Program-made: the position numbers and the translations under genes
Notes under the pieces: model-generated
The model's input: the letters and a program-made list of their open reading frames with translations, nothing else
Database searches by the model: none
What the model was told of the DNA's origin: nothing
Assembly (NCBI RefSeq): GCF_000145295.1
Contig: NC_014408.1
Location: forward strand, 1,110,001-1,142,000
Reading direction: 5' to 3'
DNA length: 32,000 bases
Source: Methanothermobacter marburgensis str. Marburg
Lineage (GTDB): Archaea; Methanobacteriota; Methanobacteria; Methanobacteriales; Methanothermobacteraceae
In this document: positions 10,025-18,795 of the stretch, in pieces
Layout: each line of letters starts with the position of its first letter
How positions within the stretch are numbered: the first letter of the stretch is position 1

Positions 10025-10096
10025 TTTAACACCACTAAAATTTATGTACCTCATGGTATAAAAAATGATTTATTCATAGCACTCCAATATAATAGC

Positions 10097-11122
10097 ATGG
10101 CTGCTGTGAAGATATTCCGGGTTCTTGGAATACCCGTTGAACTCGACATCTCATTCCTCATTCTGATGGTATTCATATACCTCCTCACCTACCTGGGTTT
10201 CCTATCACTCAACCTTGCTGTGCTCATAACCCTCGTCTTCGTGGTGGTGGTGATACATGAACTGGCCCACTCCTATGTCGCCCTCAGGTTCGGTGTGAAG
10301 ATAAGGAGCATACTTCTCCTTCCCATAGGCGGGGTTTCAAGGATGGAGGAGATACCAAAAGTTCCAAGGCAGGAGTTCCTCATATCCATCGCCGGGCCCC
10401 TCACCAACATCATAATGGCCATGTTAACAGCGGTACCCCTCATGCTGAACCTCCCAGGACCCTTCAGACCATTCTTTGGGGATTTTCTGGCCGTGAATCT
10501 GGTCCTGGCACTCTTCAATCTTATACCTGCCTTTCCAATGGATGGTGGGAGGATACTGAGGGCCATACTCGCTGAACGTGTGAGTTACCTGAGGGCAACC
10601 AGGATAGCGGCGAACCTTGGTAAGACCATCGCCGCAATGATGGCTGTCACGGGCCTCTTCTATAACCTCTTCCTGATACTGATAGGACTCTTCATCTACA
10701 TAGGTGCGGAGCAGGAGTACCAGTCAACCCTAATATCCTCGCTTCTTGAGGGCGTGACGGTGGGGGATGTGATGACCCCAGATCCTGTAACACTCAGACC
10801 CGATATGACAGTGGGGGAGGCCCTTGATGTCATGTTCAGAAAGAAGCACATGGGTTACCCTGTAACTGATGGGGATGAGCTCGCAGGAATAGTGACGTTC
10901 CATGACATATCAGAGGCTGCCAGAGATGTGATGGTGGGGGATGTGATGACCGCGGAGGTTGTGACTGCCGCAGAGGACGAGGAACTCACCTCTGTCCTTG
11001 AAAAAATGAACCGCCACCAGCTTGGAAGGCTCCCTGTGATGGGTGACGGTAAACTGAAGGGTATAATTTCAAGGACAGATATAATAAGGACGCTGAATCT
11101 TATGAGAAAGGGAATTGAATGA
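10097..11122 (+). CDS. M50 family (site-2 protease type) membrane metalloprotease with a C-terminal CBS pair
   Basis: 341 aa. HExxH (VIHELAHSY), second metal motif [12 protein letters not shown], multiple transmembrane segments and two CBS-like repeats (VMTPDPVTL..., VMTAEVVTA...). Confidence 0.88.
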   Translation: MAAVKIFRVLGIPVELDISFLILMVFIYLLTYLGFLSLNLAVLITLVFVVVVIHELAHSYVALRFGVKIRSILLLPIGGVSRMEEIPKVPRQEFLISIAGPLTNIIMAMLTAVPLMLNLPGPFRPFFGDFLAVNLVLALFNLIPAFPMDGGRILRAILAERVSYLRATRIAANLGKTIAAMMAVTGLFYNLFLILIGLFIYIGAEQEYQSTLISSLLEGVTVGDVMTPDPVTLRPDMTVGEALDVMFRKKHMGYPVTDGDELAGIVTFHDISEAARDVMVGDVMTAEVVTAAEDEELTSVLEKMNRHQLGRLPVMGDGKLKGIISRTDIIRTLNLMRKGIE

Positions 11123-11189
11123 AAAATGCATATTAAGGACGCTGAATCGAATGAAAACATATCTACAGTGAACCTTTACGGTGAATATA

Positions 11190-11756
11190 ATGAGGGAAGC
11201 TTGTCGCCGGATAATCGATGATATAATATCAGGTCAAATAAAAACAAGGAAGGACCTTGAAAGGGCTAAACACAGGGTTTGCCGTGACTTTGGACTTGAA
11301 AAATTCATGAGTAACTCAGAAATCCTTGAACATGCTGCTCCAGAAGAAAAGAAATTGATCGAAAATCTCCTCAGGAAAAAACCCACCAGGACAATATCAG
11401 GTGTTGCCGTTGTGGCAGTCATGTGCCACCCCCATGAATGCCCCCATGGAAGGTGCCTGTACTGCCCTGAAAGTGAAAAGGCACCCCCCAGCTACACAGG
11501 AGAGGAACCAGCCGCCCTGAGGGCCAGAATGTACGATTTCCACCCCTACAGGCAGGTCTACAATCGCCTTGAGCAGCTCCACAGCATAGGCCACCCTGTT
11601 GACAAGGTGGAACTCATAGTCATGGGGGGCACCTTCCCGTCCCACAGCCTCTGCTACCAGGAATGGTTCATATCCAGTTGCCTTGAGGCCATGGTGGACT
11701 TTGGAGCCAGGCTGAGTGGTGTCAAGGTGGATATGCCCAATCACCAGGTTATGTGA
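11190..11756 (+). CDS. elp3: Elp3-family radical-SAM/acetyltransferase, N-terminal fragment (split gene or pseudogene)
   Basis: ORF 11181..11756; ATG at 11190 behind GGTGA. Cluster motif [10 protein letters not shown] (CX4CX2C), then [12 protein letters not shown]...YQEWF. It terminates prematurely at the TGA at 11754-11756. Confidence 0.8.
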   Translation: MREACRRIIDDIISGQIKTRKDLERAKHRVCRDFGLEKFMSNSEILEHAAPEEKKLIENLLRKKPTRTISGVAVVAVMCHPHECPHGRCLYCPESEKAPPSYTGEEPAALRARMYDFHPYRQVYNRLEQLHSIGHPVDKVELIVMGGTFPSHSLCYQEWFISSCLEAMVDFGARLSGVKVDMPNHQVM

Positions 11757-12805
11757 AGGTGGATGATGCCCAGCGGTTCAACGAGACATCGCCGGTTCGT
11801 TGCGTTGGGATGACATTTGAGACAAGGCCCGACTACTGCCGGGAGGAGGACGTTGACAGAATGCTCAACCTTGGGGTTACAAGGGTTGAGCTGGGTGTCC
11901 AGACCATCTACAACTACATCTACCAGCGCATCCGGAGGGGCCACAGCATAGGGGACGTTATAGAATCCAACAGGATACTCAGGGACTCGGGGATAAAGGT
12001 TGCGATGCACCTCATGCCCGGCCTCTTCTCAGACTTTGACCGGGACCTCCGGATATTCAGGAGGATATTCCAGGACCCATCCTTCAGACCTGACATGCTG
12101 AAGATATACCCCTGCCTTGTTACCAGGGGCAGCGAACTCTACAGCCTCTGGGAGAATGGCCTCTATAAACCATACTCCACAGAGGAGGCCGTTGATCTAA
12201 TCGTCGAGATAAAGAAGATGATGCCCCCCTGGGTGAGGACCATGAGGATACAGAGGGATATACCCTCCCAGCTTATAGTTGATGGTGTCAGAAAGTCCAA
12301 CCTGGGTGAACTGGTCTACAGGCGCCTTGAGGAGGAGGGTGTCCGCTGCAGGTGCATAAGGTGCCGTGAGGTGGGCCATATGAGCCGCAGGGGTGTAAGT
12401 GTTGATGAAGATGCAGTTACAGTGATGGTTGAGGAGTACGATGCCACAGGCGGCAGGGAGTTCTTCATCTCAGCCGAGGACCCTGAAAATGATGTCCTCA
12501 TCGGATTCCTGAGGCTAAGGTTCCCATCAGAAAATGCCCACCGCCCTGAAATAGATGATAAGACCGCCCTTGTGAGGGAACTCCATGTCTACGGTTCAAT
12601 GATACCCATAGGTGAGCGTCGCGATACCATTGGACAGCACAGGGGCTACGGTGAGGAGCTACTAAGCCGTGCGGAGGCAATAGCATACGAGGGGGGGATG
12701 GAGAAAATTATGGTCACAAGCGGGATAGGGGCCCGTGAATACTACAGCAAATTTGGCTACAGAAGGGAGGGCCCCTACATGTCAAAAGAACTTCAGGAGG
12801 ATTAA
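11753..12805 (+). CDS. elp3: Elp3-family radical-SAM/acetyltransferase, C-terminal fragment (rest of the radical-SAM barrel plus GNAT domain)
   Basis: 350 aa in a different frame. It continues the Elp3 fold ([29 protein letters not shown]). GNAT motif ELHVYG...[14 protein letters not shown]. The GTG at 11753 overlaps the upstream TGA. Confidence 0.8.
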   Translation: MKVDDAQRFNETSPVRCVGMTFETRPDYCREEDVDRMLNLGVTRVELGVQTIYNYIYQRIRRGHSIGDVIESNRILRDSGIKVAMHLMPGLFSDFDRDLRIFRRIFQDPSFRPDMLKIYPCLVTRGSELYSLWENGLYKPYSTEEAVDLIVEIKKMMPPWVRTMRIQRDIPSQLIVDGVRKSNLGELVYRRLEEEGVRCRCIRCREVGHMSRRGVSVDEDAVTVMVEEYDATGGREFFISAEDPENDVLIGFLRLRFPSENAHRPEIDDKTALVRELHVYGSMIPIGERRDTIGQHRGYGEELLSRAEAIAYEGGMEKIMVTSGIGAREYYSKFGYRREGPYMSKELQED

Positions 12806-12806
12806 A

Positions 12807-13472
12807 ATGAAGGTTGAAACAGCAGAGGAACTTGCATCACTCATAGACCATACAAATGTAAGGGCAGATGCAACTGTTGCTGATATCGAGAAACTTTGCA
12901 GGGAGGCCATTGAGTATGGGTTCAGGTGCGCGGTTGTCACCCCAACCAACGTCAGGCTGGCATCTGAACTCCTCAGGGACAGTGATGTCATGGTCTGCTC
13001 TGTTATAGGATTTCCAGCAGGTGTTAACACGCCTGCGGTTAAGGCCTTCGAGGCATCAGAGGCCGTGGATAACGGTGCAGAAGAGGTTGACATGGTAATG
13101 AACATAGGGGCCATGAAGTCAGGGCTGAAGGAACTTGTCTATGAGGATATAAGTGGAGTCGTTGATGCCGCAGGCGTCCCTGTCAAGGTTATACTGGAGA
13201 CAGCCTACCTCACAGACGAGGAGAAGGTGGAGGCATGCCTCATAAGTAAGGATGCTGGTGCCGCATTTGTTAAAACATCTACAGCCTATGGTGGGCTTTC
13301 AGGTGCCACAGTGGAGGACGTGAAACTCATGCGTGAGACTGTGGGTGATGAGATGGGTGTTAAGGCAGCCGGCGGTATAAGGGATGCTGAAACAGCCCTT
13401 GCAATGATAGAGGCCGGTGCAGACAGGATTGGAACATCAACCGGGGTCCAGATCATGGAGGGGTGGAGGTAA
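12807..13472 (+). CDS. deoC: deoxyribose-phosphate aldolase
   Basis: ORF 12735..13472. The ATG at 12807 follows AGGAGG (12795-12800) and the Elp3 stop. Motifs [18 protein letters not shown] and the Schiff-base lysine context [10 protein letters not shown]. Confidence 0.88.
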   Translation: MKVETAEELASLIDHTNVRADATVADIEKLCREAIEYGFRCAVVTPTNVRLASELLRDSDVMVCSVIGFPAGVNTPAVKAFEASEAVDNGAEEVDMVMNIGAMKSGLKELVYEDISGVVDAAGVPVKVILETAYLTDEEKVEACLISKDAGAAFVKTSTAYGGLSGATVEDVKLMRETVGDEMGVKAAGGIRDAETALAMIEAGADRIGTSTGVQIMEGWR

Positions 13473-13526
13473 TATGAGAAGAGAGGTTCCTGATCCTCGG
13501 AAGCATTCTCAGAAGGGTGATCTGAC

Positions 13527-13880
13527 ATGAGGATAAGGATAACCGTGGAGGGTAAGGGTTACGCTGAGGCCGAACTTGATGAGAGAAACCCTGAATCTGC
13601 AAAGAAAATCTATGAGAGCCTTCCACTTGAGGGCAGGGCCCTTCTATGGATGGAGGAGGTCTACTTTGACATACCAGTCACCCTTGACTATGAGAACCCC
13701 TCTGATACCGCCAGTCCAGGGGATATATCCTACTGGCCGCCCGGGTACGCCCTCTGCATATTCTTCGGGTCAACACAGCCCTACTCCCCGGTGAATCATA
13801 TAGGGAGGGTGACCAGAAACCTTGACCTTTTCTTCAGTGTTGATGAGGGCGACAGGATAATAATAGAAAGAATGGACTAA
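13527..13880 (+). CDS. cyclophilin-like fold protein (TM1367-like family), function unknown
   Basis: 117 aa. Pattern LPLEGRALLWMEEVYF...PGDISYWPPGYALCIFFG is typical of that family as I recall it. GGTGATC RBS at 13515-13521. Confidence 0.65.
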   Translation: MRIRITVEGKGYAEAELDERNPESAKKIYESLPLEGRALLWMEEVYFDIPVTLDYENPSDTASPGDISYWPPGYALCIFFGSTQPYSPVNHIGRVTRNLDLFFSVDEGDRIIIERMD

Positions 13881-13903
13881 CAAAAAATCAGCGACCGGAA
13901 ACG

Positions 13904-15019
13904 CTAAACATCCTCTATTTCCCTGTAAAGCGTATCCCTGCTTGCTGGAATCCTTCCCAGATCCTTCACAACCCTTATTATTTCTTCAGGTTCCGTTCTA
14001 ACGCCATGTGAGGCGCCAGCAGACCTTGATATGTTCTCCTCACCCAGTGTACCCCCAAGGTCGTTGGCCCCTGACATGAGGGCAACCTGTGCAAACTTAA
14101 AGCCCAGTTTAACCCATGAGGCCTGTATGTTCCTGATAAGGCCCCTGAACATCAGCCTTGAAACCGCGTAGACCTTGAGGTCATCTGCACCGGTTGCGCC
14201 TGCAGCCGCCTTTCCCTCACGGTATATGGGGGCCCTTGGATGCATGAATGGTAATGGGACAAACTCGGTGAATCCCCCTGTTCTCTCCTGAATCTGCCGC
14301 AGTATGTCCATGTGTTCAACCCTGTGCTCGGGTCCATCGATGTGACCGTACATCATGGTGCAGGTTGTTGGTATCCCAACCCTGTGTGCTGTCTCTATAA
14401 CCTCAACCCACTCCCCGGTACTCAGCTTTGTAGGGCAGATAACAGCCCTTATATCATCATTGAGTATCTCTGCCGCCGTGCCGGGCATTGAACCAAGACC
14501 CGCCCTTTTAAGTATCCTCAGGGCCTCCTCAATGGATAGCTCCGCATTACGAGCACCATAGTAAACCTCCATTGGGGAGAATGAGTGGAGGTGCACATGG
14601 GGTAGCTCTGATTTTATGGTCCTCACAAGATCCTCATAGAAGTAGGTGTCAAGGCCCGGGTAGAGGCCTCCCTGTATGCAGAGTTCACGGGCACCGTTTT
14701 CCACGGCCTTGCGGGCAATTTCAAGGATCCTTTCAGTTTCAAGGTAATATGCGTCCCCATCCAGATCATCCCTCTTAAAGGCACAGAACCCGCACTGTCC
14801 CGAGCATATATTGGTGAAGTTGATGTTCCAGTTCTCAATGTAGGTTACCCTATCACCCGCCTCGGACTCCCTGACAGTGTCCGCGGCTATTAAAAGGGCC
14901 TGGAGGTCCCTTCCCCTCACATTCATTAAGTAGAGGGCCTCCTCATTGTTGATTGGCTCATCCATTGCTTTTTCAAGTATTTTTTCTGTGCGGGTTTTGA
15001 TGTCCATGGTGCCAAACAT
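13904..15019 (-). CDS. cofH: FO (7,8-didemethyl-8-hydroxy-5-deazariboflavin) synthase subunit CofH, radical SAM
   Basis: ORF 13904..15043 (TTG). Radical-SAM motif [10 protein letters not shown], with CofH/MqnC-like overall length. The start is uncertain: TTG 15043, ATG 15019 or ATG 15007. A TATA-like TTTTAAA (complement of 15046-15052) favours one of the ATGs. Confidence 0.75.
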   Translation of the reverse strand: MFGTMDIKTRTEKILEKAMDEPINNEEALYLMNVRGRDLQALLIAADTVRESEAGDRVTYIENWNINFTNICSGQCGFCAFKRDDLDGDAYYLETERILEIARKAVENGARELCIQGGLYPGLDTYFYEDLVRTIKSELPHVHLHSFSPMEVYYGARNAELSIEEALRILKRAGLGSMPGTAAEILNDDIRAVICPTKLSTGEWVEVIETAHRVGIPTTCTMMYGHIDGPEHRVEHMDILRQIQERTGGFTEFVPLPFMHPRAPIYREGKAAAGATGADDLKVYAVSRLMFRGLIRNIQASWVKLGFKFAQVALMSGANDLGGTLGEENISRSAGASHGVRTEPEEIIRVVKDLGRIPASRDTLYREIEDV

Positions 15020-15126
15020 GCGATTTAGTATCTGGTTCTCCAAGTTTAAAATTTTTGGTTTTGGTGAAATCCATATCCATTTACCCCCATGGGCCCTATG
15101 TGGTCCATTAACCCGGCAGAACCAAT

Positions 15127-15140
15127 AAATTTAAATATTA
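15127..15140 (+). promoter_or_regulatory. archaeal TATA box/promoter of the histone gene
   Basis: aaatttaaatatta lies about 35-45 nt upstream of the ATG at 15172, followed by the RBS GGAGGTGA (15160-15167). Confidence 0.45.
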
Positions 15141-15171
15141 GAGATTACCAGCTTAATTTGGAGGTGAAATT

Positions 15172-15378
15172 ATGGCTGAATTACCAATCGCACCAGTAGG
15201 TAGAATAATAAAAAATGCCGGTGCCCAGAGAATAAGTGATGATGCAAAAGAGGCTTTAGCAAAGGCTCTCGAAGACATGGGTGAAGAAATCTCACGCAAA
15301 GCCGTTGAACTTGCAAAACACGCCGGCAGAAAAACTGTTAAAGCCACAGACATTGAAATGGCCGCTAAACAGTTATAG
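15172..15378 (+). CDS. archaeal histone (HMf/HMt family)
   Basis: 68 aa, [68 protein letters not shown]: a canonical histone-fold sequence. Confidence 0.95.
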   Translation: MAELPIAPVGRIIKNAGAQRISDDAKEALAKALEDMGEEISRKAVELAKHAGRKTVKATDIEMAAKQL

Positions 15379-15410
15379 GTAGACCAGATAATTCTACCTA
15401 TTTATTTTTT
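15376..15410 (+). terminator. hairpin plus oligo-T terminator after the histone gene
   Basis: Perfect 8-bp inverted repeat TAGGTAGA(15376-15383)/TCTACCTA(15393-15400) with a 9-nt loop, followed by tttatttttt (15401-15410). Confidence 0.55.
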
Positions 15411-15519
15411 CAGGGACAAGGTGCCCCCTACCAGATTTAAGCTGTTATGATTCTGTACTGATTCATGTTTTTTCTTTATAAGCTCAGACTAACATAATAA
15501 TAAGATGAGGTGATTTTTG

Positions 15520-16011
15520 ATGTCAACAATGGATAACCTTAAGGAAGCATTTGCCGGGGAGTCACAGGCAAACAGAAAGTACCTTGCATTCGCAAGGAAG
15601 GCTGATGAGGAAGGGTACCACCAGGTTGCAAAGCTCTTTCGTGCCGCAGCCGCGGCAGAGACAGTCCACGCAATGAACCACCTTGAGGCCATGGGGGCCG
15701 TCAATAGCACAGAGAAGAACCTAAGGGAGGCAATAGCCGGAGAAACCGCGGAATTCAAGGAGATGTACCCTGGATTCATAGAGGAAGCAGAGGCAGAGGG
15801 TGAAGAACAGGCGCGCTGGAGCTTTGACGTTGCAAATAAGGTTGAGAAGATCCACGCTGAACTCTACCAGAATGCCCTCGATAACCTTGGAAAGAACGTT
15901 GAGGTGGACTACTACGTCTGCAACTGGTGCGGTAACACCGTTGAGGGTGAGGCACCCGAAAGGTGCGCCATCTGCGGGGCCCCCAAGAAGGAGTTCAGAA
16001 AGATAGAATAA
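15520..16011 (+). CDS. rbr: rubrerythrin
   Basis: Four-helix di-iron motifs (AFAGESQANRKYLAFA, ETVHAMNHLE, AGETAEF..., EKIHAELY) and a C-terminal rubredoxin-like CNWCGN...CAICGAP. ATG at 15520 behind GAGGTGAT. Confidence 0.9.
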   Translation: MSTMDNLKEAFAGESQANRKYLAFARKADEEGYHQVAKLFRAAAAAETVHAMNHLEAMGAVNSTEKNLREAIAGETAEFKEMYPGFIEEAEAEGEEQARWSFDVANKVEKIHAELYQNALDNLGKNVEVDYYVCNWCGNTVEGEAPERCAICGAPKKEFRKIE

Positions 16012-16039
16012 TTTTCTATCACCTTACTTCTATTTTTCA

Positions 16040-18205
16040 TCAATAACGCCCTTCTCTGTGAAGGTTATCCTGAATGTTGTACCCCCCCTCTGAAATCATC
16101 TCTGCAGTCCCATCAATCTGGTCGGTGAGATTCCTTACAAGCTGGAGGCCAAGGGATGGACTGCTCTCCCAGTCAAGATCTTGTGGAAATCCGACTCCAT
16201 CATCACTAACCTCAATCAGAACGTGGTTATTGCTTCTTTTAACCGATACAGATACAGTGCCTTCGCCATGAGGGAAGGCATGCTTCACAGCATTTGTTAA
16301 AAGTTCATTGACGATGAGGCCAACGGGTATGGCGGTCTCCACGTCAACTTTCAGTTCATCCACATCCATATTCAGCCTTATCCTGGAATCTGCAGAGTAG
16401 CTTCTGAAGACCTCAGATGCGAGTGTCCTTACGTATTCACCCATATCAATGTTTTTGAGATCCTCTGAACGGTAAAGCCTTTCATGGATCAGGGCCATGG
16501 ACCTTGCCCTGTTTTCACTCTCCCTGAAGAGGTCCAGGGTCTCTTCATCCTTGGCCTTCCTTGACTGGAGGCTGAGGAGGCTTGAAATTATCATCAGGTT
16601 GTTCTTGACCCGGTGGTGTATCTCCTTGAGGAGGAGTTCCTTCTCCTCAAGGGACTTTTCAAGCATCCTCTGTGTCCTCTTGAGGTCTGAGATGTCATGG
16701 AGGACCACCAGGGCACAGTCCCTCCCCTCAGCATGTACAAGCTTATTGTATATCCTTACGGTGTACTTCCTCCCAAGAGGGTCATTAAGGACAACCTCAT
16801 AGGGTTCAATATTCCCCTCATCTTTGATTATTTCAAGCTTTGATCTGAATTTATGCTTCACATCATCAGCGATGAATTCAACGTCATAGATGGATGTTCC
16901 TCGAAGTTCCTCAGGTGCCATTCCAAGTCTCTCTGAGAGGGTTGAATTAATATCCAGTATCACACCACCCTCCAGATCAAGGAGGATTATGTAGTCGGGT
17001 GAAAGATCAAAGAGTGACCTGTATTTTTCCTCACTCTCCCTCAGTTTCCTTTCGTTCTCAAGTCTATGAGTTATGTCCCTTGAAACCGATACAACTACAT
17101 TTTTACCGCCAATTTCAATAAGGCGGGAGTTCACCTCAACCGGGATCCTGCGACCGTCCTTTGATATGTAGGTTCTCTCAAACCTTGCGGCCTTCCTTTC
17201 AAGGAGTTTCCTCATATTATCTGAGATCTCCTCCTTCGTGGGTCCAAGGTCCATGGGGGTCATGTTGAGGAGTTCATCCCTTGAGTAGCCCAGTTTCTCC
17301 ACAGCGGTCCTGTTCACCTCAATGTAGTTACCTGGCAGCCCATCATCCCTTAACTCAACGATGGTTATTATATCCTCAACACCATTGAAAACCGCCCTGA
17401 ATTTCTTTTCACTCTCCCTCAATGCCTCTTCAGCCTTTTTCCTCTCTGAAATGTCCCTTATAACCGCTGTTACAAAGTTTTCCCCCATGTAATGCCATCC
17501 TGTGACAGATATATCCACAGGGACTCCTTTTCCATCCTTTCTGACGGCCTCCACATCCGTGATCATCAGAGAAACGTCACTATTTATATCCTGAAAGTTG
17601 TGCATGTCCCGGTTTTGCTCTGAGATTATTTTATTGATGTGTTTTCCCTTCATCTCATCTGCAGTGTACCCAAAGATCTTCTCAGCCCCATGGTTCCATG
17701 AAACCACCCTTCCCCTCTCGTCAGCGGTTATTATTGCATCCCTTGCTGTCTCCACTATTGTCCTGTATTTCTCCTCGGTCTCACGGATAACCTCCTCTGA
17801 TTCTTCGATGGACTCTGCCAGGAATACTGTAATGAGGTTAACAAAGAGCATCACGGAAACCCTCAGCAGGTCCTCATAGAAACCTGAAAGAGATGCCATG
17901 GTGTTTGTTACAATAAGTACCGTGCCAAGTAATGCTGTTACAAGAAATGACTTCCTCTCAAACCAGAGGGCTGCAAGGACTATTGGTATGTAAAAGATGT
18001 GTGTGAATACAATTTCAACCCCAAGAAACATATGGAAATAGACCGTTAAAGCAACACAGAGGGCTGTGAGTAATGCTACAATAGCCAGCCGGGTCCTCAT
18101 GTCCCGGTATGACTGTATCTTCTCTGTAAAAGTAAGAGTCCTATTAACCAATGCCCCCACCCTATCAATGAACCTTGTGTATCTGTGTAAAACCATCAAT
18201 CCCAT
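16040..18205 (-). CDS. membrane-bound multi-PAS sensor histidine kinase (HisKA_2/HWE-type H-box)
   Basis: 721 aa. N-terminal hydrophobic sensor region, about three PAS-like repeats (each preceded by SEEKYR/SEKKFR-type linkers), H-box EIHHRVKNNL, N-box NELLTNAVKHAF and G-box DDGVGFP...GLGLQLV. Confidence 0.88.
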   Translation of the reverse strand: MGLMVLHRYTRFIDRVGALVNRTLTFTEKIQSYRDMRTRLAIVALLTALCVALTVYFHMFLGVEIVFTHIFYIPIVLAALWFERKSFLVTALLGTVLIVTNTMASLSGFYEDLLRVSVMLFVNLITVFLAESIEESEEVIRETEEKYRTIVETARDAIITADERGRVVSWNHGAEKIFGYTADEMKGKHINKIISEQNRDMHNFQDINSDVSLMITDVEAVRKDGKGVPVDISVTGWHYMGENFVTAVIRDISERKKAEEALRESEKKFRAVFNGVEDIITIVELRDDGLPGNYIEVNRTAVEKLGYSRDELLNMTPMDLGPTKEEISDNMRKLLERKAARFERTYISKDGRRIPVEVNSRLIEIGGKNVVVSVSRDITHRLENERKLRESEEKYRSLFDLSPDYIILLDLEGGVILDINSTLSERLGMAPEELRGTSIYDVEFIADDVKHKFRSKLEIIKDEGNIEPYEVVLNDPLGRKYTVRIYNKLVHAEGRDCALVVLHDISDLKRTQRMLEKSLEEKELLLKEIHHRVKNNLMIISSLLSLQSRKAKDEETLDLFRESENRARSMALIHERLYRSEDLKNIDMGEYVRTLASEVFRSYSADSRIRLNMDVDELKVDVETAIPVGLIVNELLTNAVKHAFPHGEGTVSVSVKRSNNHVLIEVSDDGVGFPQDLDWESSPSLGLQLVRNLTDQIDGTAEMISEGGYNIQDNLHREGRY

Positions 18206-18451
18206 GATGGTTTCACATTCAGTTATTATTTAAGTTATCAGATTCACTAAAAACTTTCCAAGAATAGTATGTATGAAGTATTAGAAATATATTTATGGTA
18301 TATATTAACTGAAAACTTCATTGCGAAACTCCTGAAACCCCTGATTTTTAAACATTATCATGCTGATGGAATTTCACTGGGCGTTTCAGGCTCATGCTGC
18401 CACCCCATGCCTGTAAGGAGGCTTTTATTCCAGAATCCCCAACCCAGAATG

Positions 18452-18466
18452 GAAAAGGTTATATAT
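18452..18466 (+). promoter_or_regulatory. BRE/TATA promoter for the tRNA pair
   Basis: Purine-rich gaaaagg followed by TTATATAT (18459-18466), about 29-36 nt upstream of the mature tRNA 5' end at 18495. Confidence 0.5.
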
Positions 18467-18494
18467 GACTACTTCCATAGTTTAGAAGGAACAT

Positions 18495-18566
<72 letters not shown>

Positions 18567-18567
18567 C

Positions 18568-18646
<79 letters not shown>

Positions 18647-18795
18647 ATAACCACCTCTTTATCCAGAAACTAATTATATAGTTATTTTTAAGGACATTAA
18701 AACATTAGACAAGTCTTAACTTATTTTACTTGGTTTTAAAGACCTGCAAACACTCAAGTCAGTTAAGAAATAAAATAAAACCTTACTGGAGGCTA

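Noticed and set aside
11721-11772. Programmed ribosomal frameshifting as the explanation for the Elp3 frame change.
   Set aside because: I saw no slippery heptamer or obvious downstream pseudoknot or hairpin in the 11687-11756 overlap. The direct repeat and the GTGA overlap make mutation or a split-gene arrangement more parsimonious. It is not fully excluded.
12735-12806. An upstream extension of the deoC ORF into the Elp3 coding region. Similar extensions precede moaC (5231-5278), pcm (20784-20825), the mfnF-like gene (26995-27102) and wecC (29272-29298).
   Set aside because: In each case an internal ATG is preceded by an SD-like GGAGG/GGTGA motif and lies just after the upstream stop, which fits homologue lengths better. 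The extensions overlap neighbouring genes.
16040-18205. The lower G+C of the histidine kinase gene as evidence of horizontal transfer.
   Set aside because: It rests on only a few hand-counted 60-nt lines (38-48%). Another native-looking gene (DUF460) gave 45% on one line, so the dip is within what I can see as normal variation. It needs proper computation.
18330-18430. A possible C/D-box sRNA (ctgatgg resembling a C box, with CTGA motifs nearby).
   Set aside because: The boxes are in the wrong order and spacing (the CTGA motifs precede the C-like box). There is no terminal stem and no C'/D' pair. It is kept only as a generic candidate-transcript note.
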